A DNA stretch of 64,000 nt from Botryllus schlosseri. Its lineage: Eukaryota. The DNA lies in the NCBI GenBank assembly GCA_051294905.1, contig CM119375.1:558001-622000 (forward strand). Reading direction: 5' to 3'. A model generated the notes under the pieces. The model saw nothing but the letters and a program-made list of their open reading frames with translations. It had not been told where the DNA came from and searched no databases. Below, in pieces: positions 26,701 to 38,700 of the stretch. Each line of letters starts with the position of its first letter. Positions within the stretch are counted from its first letter, which is position 1. Position numbers and translations under genes: made by a program.

Positions 26701-29700
26701 AATTATAATTCTACACAGTTTTCCAAATTTAATTCGAATTATACATCTAGCTACAGTTTTTTCACAAATTAGATGAGAATTGGACGACGGGTATTTCGTT
26801 ATCATGGTTTCCAAGTGTTCGCACGCGATCAGTGCGTGATACTGTAGTTCCTTTTTTCAGGCTGCCGCTCCCATCTCCTGGTCAAGTTGCGTTCTCGAAC
26901 CCTCAGCTGTATCAGCTGCGAACGCAGATCATGGCTTATAAGCTGCTGGCCCGGCAGCAGGCCATCCCACATCAGCTGCTGCAGGCCACTTGCGGAAAAA
27001 GGTTTCCCGGCTTGCAGGCTTCGCAGCAAAGTCTGACAAGTGCAGGTGGGGTTTGATATTTTCACATCAAAAATCTGGTTCCGAATTCTAATTTTAAACA
27101 TATGGCTAATGCACTATTTTTTAGATTATACAAGAACTCCTTCAATATGAATATATTATTCAACTGTATACTTCCGTAATTTACCTCAAAACGTCTCTTT
27201 TGTATCATGTCCATATCTGACAATAACTGTAAATTTGTTGAAGTGTCTTGAAAATGGATGCTCTGACCTTTGACTTCTCGTTTCAGTGGCTTCCGGTGAA
27301 AAAACAGCCGCGAGCTCGGAGGTTTCAAAATCGGCGAACCGTGCGGCCGTGAGTTTTCCGCCTCGCGTTAGATTGCATTCGATCAGACGGTAATTAGTTT
27401 TTTTTTTCAGAACCAGCAGCCGGAACCACCTAAAGATCTGGCTACTTTGCTGAAGCTCCCTCCCAAACAGACCAAGTTAACACCCCTGAAAAAACCGGAA
27501 GGCATCGACCCCAACCTCATTCTGCAGGAGCGTGAGAACAGGTCAGACTCGACATGTTCTATATCAGTGGTTCCCAACCTTTTTCCACCCACGTACCACT
27601 TCGAGGTTTTATGCAGTGCTTGCGTACCACCTACATAATTTACGCACGGCGAAGGCGGTTAAAAATGTTTTCACCATTTATGACGACATACTCACGTATT
27701 TGAGCTTTGTGAGGAAGATTTTTTACCTAAAATCGAAGGATTTTTACCTAAAAAAACTTGATTTTGACCAAATTTTGACTTCACGTAGTCAAATTATATA
27801 GGTGTTTTCGCACATAATGTTAAAATTGTACTACTTATATTCATTTCTGGTTGGGACTGTCTGTCCTCACGAAAAAGCGTTTTTAACCTAAAAACTGACA
27901 AATTTTGACATGGAAAAACTTTATTTTCACGATATCTGGCCCAGTAGTTACACCACGTATTATGGTAGAGTTAATTAAAACTTGTTGTAGTACAACGAAA
28001 TATACTTCCTTACATTCTCGGGTAGAAAGTGTCTGTCCTTACTTGCCAAGAATGGAGAAATAGCGTTTAGCAGCAGTAGTTGTTGGCTGACAACACTGAA
28101 GCTGTGCGTACACTGCTGGTCACACAACATGTTGCTTCATACTGACAGTTGTCATGCATCCCAATTTTTCATCATGAGCTTCTTGATAAAATAACCATGC
28201 AATGTCAGGCAGTCTTGCTTCAGTTTGGACAATGCGGTAGGCTACTCTGAGCATAACACAATATCAATTGTCAGCCTATTTGTTTCTTTTGACAGTTTAT
28301 GACCAACGATGAGCAGACAATGGGCCGCCTACAACGGTAGGCCTATAAAGTGGGCTACCAGCTGTAAAATATCAAAATCTATGATACAAACGAAATGGAG
28401 GGGTCCAAAAATTTTAACTTTGTAAACAATTTTGACAATTTTTTGACTTAACACTCAATTTTGAGCTTTAACAAATTCTATTAAACTAGGCACTATCAGC
28501 CCGGGTTCATGAGATGCATGGAATTGTTTTTTCACCACTAGTCAAAAAACTTTTAAAAATTCAAAATCAACCCAACTGAACTAATAACTTCCTTCGACCG
28601 AAAAAAAAACAGAATCTACTCGCGTACCACCTGGAAGACCTTCGCGTACCACAGGTTGGGAACCACTGTTCTATATGAATTATTCAAGCCTCGTATATCA
28701 GCCTCAGACTCACCCTGTTACTCTCTGACTTGGTCTCAGACTTGACTCGGTGACTTGGTTACAACCCTGCAGACATGTGATATTGTTATTATTATCAGGA
28801 TCCAAGCTCGTATCGCGACTCGGATTGACTCGTTGGAGAAACTGCCGGCCTCCCTGCCCAACGACATGCGCACGAAAGCCACCATCGAGCTCAAGGCCCT
28901 GCGCTTGCTCGGATTTCAGAAGCAGCTGCGCCAAGAGGTGCTGAGCGCCATGAAACGAGACACCACGCTCGAGACCGCGTTGAACGCGAGGGCCTACAAA
29001 CGTACCAAGAGACAGGTTTGGGAATTTTCATGTTTATTTCAAGAGCTAGCTTTGTGCTGACACTCAGAAGTCTTTAACAACGGCAATAATCTTAATTTAT
29101 ATCAATGGTAATGGTAAACGTAATCATTCTGTCATACCATTTATACACAGATGCTTAATTTTGACTGACCTTGGAATAATCAGATATCTGTTAGCTGTTG
29201 GCAAAATTGTCTGGCCCATTAAATTGGTCTGGTAGGTTAAAGTGGACTAATAGAAATGAGAAGGCTCTACATTCGGTAAAATATCTATATGCTACCATTG
29301 CACACAAAAATTTTTTTATTACTCTGTGCAGTCCGAATTTTATGTCTTGGAAGTGTTTCAACGGTTATAGCCTACGTGTGACAAAACAATGCGTTTTGAT
29401 TGAAAACACTTTTTCGCTCCGAATGTTTTTTGATTTGCCGGTAAGGTCTGAGAACCACTGGTAAGTATTTTATCTTTAAATTTCAAATTCCGATATCTGC
29501 ATTTATTGGCAATTACTCCCGATGAGAGTCAGTCGAAAGCTTATAGTAGAATAAATGTACCATGACGTATGTTTGAGTGTTGTCGGAACCTCTTTTTCAG
29601 ACTCTGAAGGAAGCTCGTATCACGGAAAGGATGGAGAAGCTACAGAAACTGGAGGCGGAGAAGAAACGTCGCCAGAAACATCACGATTTCTTGCAGAGCG

Positions 29701-32700
29701 TCGTGCAGCACGGAAAGGAGTTCAGAGAGTATCATCGCTCCTGTTCTGCCAAGGTGGGTTTGGGGTGCGATGCAATGGCAAGATGCATCCTGGTGATTAA
29801 CACTAAATTACTTACTACGCTACAAATTGGTGTGATTTTTTTGATTAACAATATCTAAAAAGTTCGAATGTTCTTTCCAATTCTGTTGACAATTACCCCT
29901 GACGAGTGTCAGTCGAAAATATTCGGGTTGATTTCAATATCAATATACCATGCCTCCGAGAATCTTTTGAAATAGGCATGGTCAGCATGCACCAAATTAT
30001 GGTTAATGTGTTGTAGAAGTGGCGTTATATTGTTTGCGGTCGCATAAAAGGTACATAGGTCATAATTGGTGATACTAGATTACAAAATTACGGTGTTACT
30101 GGTGTCTAAAACGTAAGTCGTTTTCTGCGAAAAACATCATTTCTTGTGACTAACCACATGTTTTGTCGTCAGACGGCCAAACTGAGCAAGGCGGTACTCC
30201 TCTACCACGCCAACACGGAACGTGAGCAGCGTAAAGAACAGGAGAGAATCGAAAAGGAAAGAATGCGTCGGCTGATGGCAGAGGACGAGGAAGGATACCG
30301 GAAGCTGATCGACGAGAAGAAGGACAAGAGGCTGGCGTACTTGCTCAAGCAGACGGACGAGTATATCGGGAATCTGCTGCAGCTGGTGAAGGAGCATAAA
30401 GTGGCGTTGGCTAAGAAGAAAGGGAAAGGCAAGAAGAAGAGGGAACCAAAAGTGGGTTGAAAAAAAAAGCAGTAGCTATCATTCTGATTCTGATTTAATT
30501 TCAGAAAATTGTATAGCTATAATTCGGATAGGAAGTAAATTTGGATAAAACTAGAGCCTATAAATATAATTCCAATCTCTAATTTTGAAAACAGGAAGTT
30601 TGTCGCTATCATTCTAATCCAATTTGGAAAATCAACTGTAGCTATAGTTCAAATTCTAGTGTAATTTGGATAAAAATATATAGTAGTTATTTTTAATACT
30701 AATCTAATTTGGTCAGAAACTGCAGCTATCATTCTAATTCCAAGTTGATTTTGAAAAACTGTAGCTATAATTCCAATTCTGATCTAATTTGGAAAAATGT
30801 AGCTATGAGACAAACTGTAAGGAAATTTGAAAAAAAAAACTAGTTATAAAACTTAATTCCAATCTCTAATTTCGAAATAAAGTTAGTAGCTTTAATTCTA
30901 ACCTTTAATTCTAATCTGAAAGAAAAACTGTAGCTATAGTTTTAATTCATGTAACTTTGATAAAACTGTGTAGCTGTAATGATCATAATTCCAAAAATAA
31001 TGCAAAAATTTTATCATTTCCAACTTTCTCCAGTCCGACGAAGTGGACCGGCACGTTGCGGTGCTGAACATGGAGACCGGGGAGGTGATGAAAGGGGAGG
31101 ACGCGCCGCACGCATCAAATCTGGACGCCTGGCTGGAAATGCACCCCAATTTTCAAGTGGCACCCAGGACAGAGAGTGATGAGGAGGTGAGTGAGGCTCA
31201 GTTCCCTTTGGTTTCTTTGTCACGTTCTTTGGTTTGCTTTTGACAGGAGGAGGAAGAAGAGAGTCAGGAGGAGGAGCAGGGAGAGAATAAAGAAGAGAAG
31301 GAAGAGGCCGTAAATGTGAGTCTACTTTTTGCTAAAATTTTATTCGAATATTTTCAACTTATGCTTTAAATGTTTATGTTATAAAATTTTAATTGTGATG
31401 TCATTGTACAATTAGTTAAGCTTATTTTCATTTTTCAAATTTTTAGAAATTCAATTTTTTGCACTATTGTATATGTATTTTTTCAATTTGTTATTTAATT
31501 TTTACTAATAAAATTTATAGTGCGAAGTTGCTGTGGAATACGTGTGGCTTAAGTCCATTTTTTTCACTTCATGGGAAAATGTTTTTTTTAAATCTTGTCA
31601 ATTTACAAATTTACAAAAACTTAATTTTCTCATAATATGAAAAATTGACAAATTTTTTTTTAAAATATGAGAAATGGATGTGAGCTACTCTGAATCCACA
31701 AAATACGAATGAAAATTTTAACAGAAATTTCATTTTCTCAAATTGTGACAATATATTTGGCAGGCTGCCAACGCGATAGACGATGAATACGGCTCGGCAA
31801 CGTTTGATTCCAAATCATATTACAAGATGGCTCATTCCATCTCGGAGAGTGTCACGGAGCAGCCCACCATCATGGTTTCCGGGAAATTGAAAGAATATCA
31901 GGTGGGTGGGGGTCGGTGGACTTTCCAAGTGTGGGGTTTATTACAGTGTCGGAAGCCCCCCTTTTCGAAATACTCAAATTTATGTCACATATAGCATCTA
32001 ATATTTCCTTGTATATCAATTCACTGTAGTAGTATTTTTTCTGATCCTAAAATTCATTATATTTGCTAAATTTATCATTCCAATATACCTAGTGGTTTTA
32101 CCTATGGCCGCACAAATCTGGTGCCTTGAAGTTATGTGGGAGGTCAAGAATAACCTTAAGAATGATGAAACTTACCATATTTGGCTACTATTACAATTTA
32201 CAGCTACATTTTTGCTGTTACATTTGTTGCAGACTTGTACAAACTACAATCCTACTTGGTTGATGGTCAACTAAGTGCTGAATTTCAGAGTAGTTCTAGT
32301 TCTGATTGCAATTTTTGAAAAGTGAGTAGTTTTAGTTCAAGTTGCTAGTATTGAAAAGTGAGTAATTTTACCTCTAAATGCAATTTTTGAAAAGTGAGTA
32401 GGCCTAGTTGTGGTTCTGATTGCGCGTTTTGAAAAGTGAGTAGTTGTAGTTGAAATTGCGCCTTTTTAAAACCTAATATTTCTTATATTTTGACCCTCCT
32501 CCTCTCAGATCAGAGGGTTGGAATGGCTGACGTCGCTCTACAACAACAACCTGAACGGGATCCTGGCCGACGAGATGGGCCTCGGAAAAACCATACAGAC
32601 CATCGCCCTCGTTTGCCATATGATGGAGAAGAAACAAGTCAACGGGCCTTTCCTCGTTATTGTACCTCTGTCGTAAGTCATTGTTTTTTACATATTTTTT

Positions 32701-35700
32701 ATAATAATATTGCACCATGCAGTTTTGGGCCCTCGCGACTCCAACGTGTTGTTTGGGGGTGACTGCCGGTGCAATATTATGTTTGGAGACATCAGGGCGC
32801 TGGACGCAAGAATTTGTTCAAAGCGCAGTAACGTTCTCCAACAATATGTGTCCGTCTGTTATGCGGCCTCTAACCCCAACCTGACCCTATACCAAATACT
32901 TGAATGCATACTAGGGCTGTTCAAAAAAACTTTTTCTTCAGATTTCACTGGCTACTTGATAAAATTGTTAGGTTGGTTAAAAAAATGCTGCACGCCTACT
33001 TTGCCTCAATTCCAACCAGTAGAAGCGAGATACATGCAGTGGAAAGTTTTGAATTTATCATTAAAAAATTGAAAAATATCATTTCAAAATTTTTCTGTCG
33101 ACCCCATAAAATTGTTAGGCTGTCACTAGAGATGATGCACACCGAATTTGGCTCAATTCCAACCTCTAGAAGCGAAGTTATTGCGGTATAAAAATTTGGA
33201 TTTGGATAAAAAGTATTTACGTTGACTAACTCTTTAATTATTTATTATAAAATCATGGAATTAAAAATTTTTCTACTGCTGCATTACAACTAAGTGCGGT
33301 TTAATGGATACCACGGTGGAAAATAGCAATGAAACTGTAATTATTGTTGAAAAATTAACTCCAAGTGGCCAGTAGCGTATATTTCAGTACTCGAGTTAGG
33401 TTAATACTCGGTTCAAATTAGTGTTCAAATCATAGCTCCCAGCCGTAACAATGATACTGTCTGTCTGACTCTGTCTTTTGTTTCCAGAACTTTGTCCAAC
33501 TGGGTGATGGAGTTCGACAAATGGGCGCCGTCCGTGGTCAAGATCGCCTACAAAGGAGCGCCACAGGTCCGCAAGCACCTGGCCCAGCAATTGCGCGGCC
33601 AGAGGTTCAACGTGGTCATCACCACGTACGAATATGTGATCAAGGACAAACACATTCTTTCCAAGGTGGGTGACAAGTCCGCGGTTGGACAACTTGGGAA
33701 TTTTTAGCTTTTTCTAAATTAGACTAGAATTGAATTGAAGCTACACAGTTTTTTCCTACTTAATTTGAATTCGAATTACGGATTTTGTACAGCGAGCTTG
33801 GCTCGTTCCGCACTGTGTAGTCTAATTACAGCGAAATGCCAGTAATTTAATTGTGATCTAATTTGTGCAATATTTGGGAAAGCTAAAAGTTTCCTAGTTG
33901 CACAACAAATTTCAAGTTTTTGCGAATTTAATGATTCTAATTGTAATGTAATTTAGAAAAACTAAGAATTTCTTAGTTTTCGGAACAAATTTCAACTTTT
34001 TGCGAATTCAGTGACTCTTACTGAATGTAATTTGGAAAAACTAAAAATTTTGCAAGTTGTCAGAACAAATTTAAGTTTTTGAGAATTCAGTAATTCTAAT
34101 GTAATGGAGAAACTAAAACTTTCCTAGTTGCCCAACAAATTTCAAGTTTTTGTGAATTCAGTAATTTTAATTGTAATGAAATTTGGAAAACCAATAATAT
34201 ATTAGTTGTGAGAACAAATTTTAAGTTTTCGCGAACTCAGTAATTCTAATTGGGATTTAATTTTGGAAAGCTAAAAATTTCCTAGTTGCCCAACAAATTT
34301 CAAGTTTTTGCGAATGCAGTAATTCTAATTGTAATGTAATTTGTAAAAATAAATATATCTCAGTTGCGAATTCAGTGATTCTATTGTAATGTAATTTGGA
34401 AAAGCTAAAAATTTCGTAGTTGTCAGAACAAATTTCAAGCTTTGGCGAATTTAGTAATTCTAATTGTAATCTAATTTGGGAAAGCTGAAAATTTCCTAGT
34501 TGCCCAACAAATTTCAAGTTTTTGTAATGTACGGTAGTTGTAAAAATAAATATATCTCAGTTGCAAATTCAGTAATTCTAATTGTAATGTAATTTGGAAA
34601 AACTAAAATAATAACTTAGCTGTCAGAACAACTTCAAGTTCTTGCAAATTTAGTAATTCTAATTGTAATCTAATTTGGGAAAGCTGAAAATTTCCTAGTT
34701 ACCCAACAAATTTCAAGTTTTTGTAATGTACGGTAGTTGTAAAAATAAATATATCTCAGTTGCAAATTCAGTAATTCTAATTGTAATGTAATTTGGAAAA
34801 GCTAAAAAATTCCTACTTGTTGGAAAAAAAATCTACTTTTTGCGAATTTAGTCATTCTAATTCTAATCAAAATTTGAAAATCTGCTTTTATAACTGGTGT
34901 GAATCCAGCCGTGATTTTTCGCAGATTCGTTGGAAATATCAAATCGTTGACGAGGGCCATCGTATGAAGAACCATCACTGCAAGCTGACTCAAGTCTTGA
35001 ACACGTATTACTTGAGTCCGCACCGACTGCTCCTCACGGGCACCCCCCTGCAAAACAAACTGCCCGAGCTGTGGGCGCTTCTCAACTTCCTGCTGCCGTC
35101 CATTTTCAAATGCTGCACCACGTTCGAGCAGTGGTTCAACGCGCCTTTCGCGATGACCGGGGAGAAAGTGGAATTGAACCCGGAGGAAACCATTTTGATC
35201 ATCCGCCGTCTGCATAAAGTGTTGCGGCCCTTTCTGCTGAGAAGACTCAAAAAAGAAGTGGAGTCGCAGCTGCCTGAAAAGGTTTGTTTTTGTTCTGTGC
35301 TGTTTCGAACAGGCTTGTAGTAAGTGCCAAGCTAGTTGGTTTAAGGTCAACTGACTCCTGGTGTTTTGAGTAGTTCTAGTACTAGGATAATTGAGTTATT
35401 TTAGTTCTAGTTGCAGATTTTGAAAAGTGAGTAGTTCTAGTTCTAGTAGCTTTTTGATAATTGATTACTTCTAGTAGTAGTAGCATATTTTGAAAATTGA
35501 CTAGTTCTAGTTCTAGTTGGGAGATTTGTAAAGTGATTAGTTCTAGTTGCAGATTATTAAAAGTGAGTAATTCTAGTTTTAATTCTGAATGTTAATGCTG
35601 ATTTAAAAAAAATGACTATTTCTAGTTTTCCAAGGGAGTAGTTGTGGTTGCAAGTGCAACTGTGCATTTTAAACTCCAGTAGTTTGTAAAAGTCTGGTTC

Positions 35701-38700
35701 CGATAACACGCTGACTCTATCTTGTTTGTCTGACCAGGTGGAGTACGTGGTGAAATGCGACATGTCTGCGCTACAGAGACTCCTCTACAGTCACATGCAA
35801 GCCAACAGTCTGCTGCTTACCGACGGATCTGAGAACGGTATTGCGTTTTGTCCGGCTGGCCAAATATATTTTAATTTATATTCTTGATACCAAAACGGAA
35901 GAGATGGAAGACTTGTCCATTGACTGGAGAAATAAAAGAGAGTTTTGAACAACTTAGTAATTAGTAGGGCAAGTTTTTGCATCTTTTTTACAGCTTCCGA
36001 CAACTTCCTAGATACTCAGAATCTATGTCTTATGGTGTTTTAACCTGTTAGGAGGGATTTTATAGTGCAACTTCTAGCAACTTTTCTCTATTTTTCGTGT
36101 CAAGTTTTACTGCAACTTGTATCAAATATTGCGAAAAAATGTAAAGGAGTGATTGAAAAACACTATAAACTATTTCTAGTATGGTGCAATTCTCTTTGAT
36201 TTGCATAACAACGAGCTATATGATAGGTTAACTTCGTCTCACTGTTATCTATGACACAATGACTTGTAAGCAAGCAGTTGAACTACCCCTGGCAATCACG
36301 ATTATGCCCAAACAATATAGAAAAATATAGCTTTATTAATTCTGTCGTTTAAATTTGAAATAGTTTCACGAACGCCCAGGCGAGACCACCGAAAATTACA
36401 TTTTCACTGGGTCGCCATTTTTGGGCTTTTGATGTTAAGTCGCCAAGACTGAGTTTTTATGCAATGCCTTGGGTCAAGTTTGCAGACCTAGGGGTTTCGG
36501 ATGTGACAGCTCTACAGGAATTAGGTTTTACAACGAAACCTTTCTAGTATCTCGTACCCTAATAATCCAGCAAAAATTATAAATGCAACTTTTTACTGCA
36601 ACTTTTTTAAAAATTAAATGCAACTTTTTCGCGATTTTAGTGCAATAAAAACTTGCCCTAGTAATTAGTAACGGTTTCTAGTTTGTTATTGAGTTGAGCG
36701 TGTAGGCTACTTTTTTAACTTGGCCTACCGCAAGTGTGGATCCGAACTGGTCGAATGCAACAATCATAATCTGGCACTCCCTTTCGCAGGCAAACAGGGC
36801 AAGGGAGGGGCCAAGACGCTGGCCAACACAATCATGCAACTGCGAAAGATCTGCAATCACCCGTTCATCTTCCAGCACATCGAGGAGGCCATGTGCGAAC
36901 ATCTCAAGATTCCGGGAGGCATCGTTTCTGGGTGAGAGCTCGAGTATTGAATCTAACGATTTGTGTTGAGTAACAGATCATTCGTTCAAGTATTAAAATG
37001 ATGCCACTAAGAGTTAATTTGTCAACGTGAATTATGGTTCCAATACTGTTTCCCAGTATGGAAGGCTATAAATCTCAATAGTTCATCGTCTTTAATGTGA
37101 GGTAGAAATTATCTTCTTTGCGGTAACATAAAAGGTGCAAATTTGAAATCTCAGCATCTTTCAAACTGTTATAATGTCATATTTGGTGATGCTCGAATCA
37201 CTAGAGCGCTCGATTTTTTCCGTGCTCATAATCGATATGATACTTTTAGGCCTGATTTGTACCGTGCCGGCGGAAAGTTCGAGCTGCTGGACCGCATCTT
37301 GCCCAAGTTGAAGAAAACCGGGCACAGGGTGCTGCTCTTTTGTCAGATGACGTCGCTCATGACCATTCTGGAGGATTACTTCAACTTCAGATGTGAGTCG
37401 GAGAGAGACTTTTTAAAACTAGAACTACTCACTTTTTAAGGCTCGTAACCAGAACTAGTACTTACTCACTATTTAAAACTAAAAACTTGAACAAGAACTA
37501 ATGATTTTCCAAAATGGGCATCTAGAACTAGAACTATTCCCTTTTTAAAACTTGCAACTAGAACTAGAACTACTCACTTTGGCAAAATCACAACTAGAAC
37601 TAGAACTACTTACTTTTTGAAATTGGCGGCTGAAGCTAGAGCTAGAACTACTCTACAAAATCCTAAATTAGAATTAGAGGTAGAGCTGCTCACTTTTCAA
37701 AATGCGCAACTGCCTCTACGAAATGAAACTACTCGAAAAAGCAGTAGTTACTTATCCGTCAACTTGTTAAAACTGGTTTGTAGTTTGACAAAAGCGAGTT
37801 TTTGAATTCGTTCCGTCTCAGCGCACAAATACATCCGATTGGACGGCACGACCAAGGCTGACGATCGCGGTTTGCTTCTGAACGCTTTCAACGCAAAGGA
37901 TTCCGAATATTTCATCTTCCTGCTGTCGACCAGAGCAGGGGGGCTCGGACTCAACTTGCAGACCGCGGACACCGTTCTCATCTTTGACTCGGATTGGAAC
38001 CCGCACCAGGTGGGGAATGACTCGACTTGAATTACCGAGTGTTTCAACTCTACTTGGGCTTATATTGAAGTGAAAGTTATTAAAAAACTTGGAAATTAGA
38101 AGTACGTCTTAGTATTCTGGACCTAGTTTTGCGTAAAAATCAACATTTTTGTATAGGTGGAAATAACTTAGATATTGGGAAAAGTAGAAATACTTTTTAG
38201 ACTTGTAGGGGTAGTTTTTCCTACAAAATAAATGTAGGAATTACAGTACCCTAGTCTGAAAGCACGTACTTTGAAATATTCAGGAAAAAATCAAATTTGT
38301 GTTGAAAAGACTTGAGTTTGTAAGCAGACAAGAATAAATGACTCAAATTTAGGAAAAAATTTCACTCGAGCTTATAAAAACAAGATTCGGATGTATAAAA
38401 AAAATGAACCAAGATCATAATGTTGAATTGAAATTTAGAAGAAAAACTCAAATTTGTCATGAGATGAGAAAAATTGACTCAGTTTAACCCTTTCGCCGCG
38501 GGTGGATCCTAGAGGATCCATGCAGTTTTTCACAAACACGCTTCAATCAATTAACGACATCTTGCGATACGCATACGACCAGCTATATATAACCCATTGC
38601 CTTATGGCATAACCTGTTCAAAATGCAGATTGAATACAGAAAAACGTTTCCCGCAAAATACAATGTGTAGCTCAGTTCGCCTGAATGAACGCTAATCTTA

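Noticed and set aside
18956-34924. Introner-type intron-creating elements
   Set aside because: The MITE ends lie inside the introns rather than at splice sites, and flanking exons show no TSDs. This fits expansion of existing introns better.
34802-35350. Antisense ORFs over brahma and SMG6 exons (e.g. 34802-35350, 30137-30397, 15928-16149)
   Set aside because: Shadow ORFs caused by GC-rich codons of the real + strand exons.
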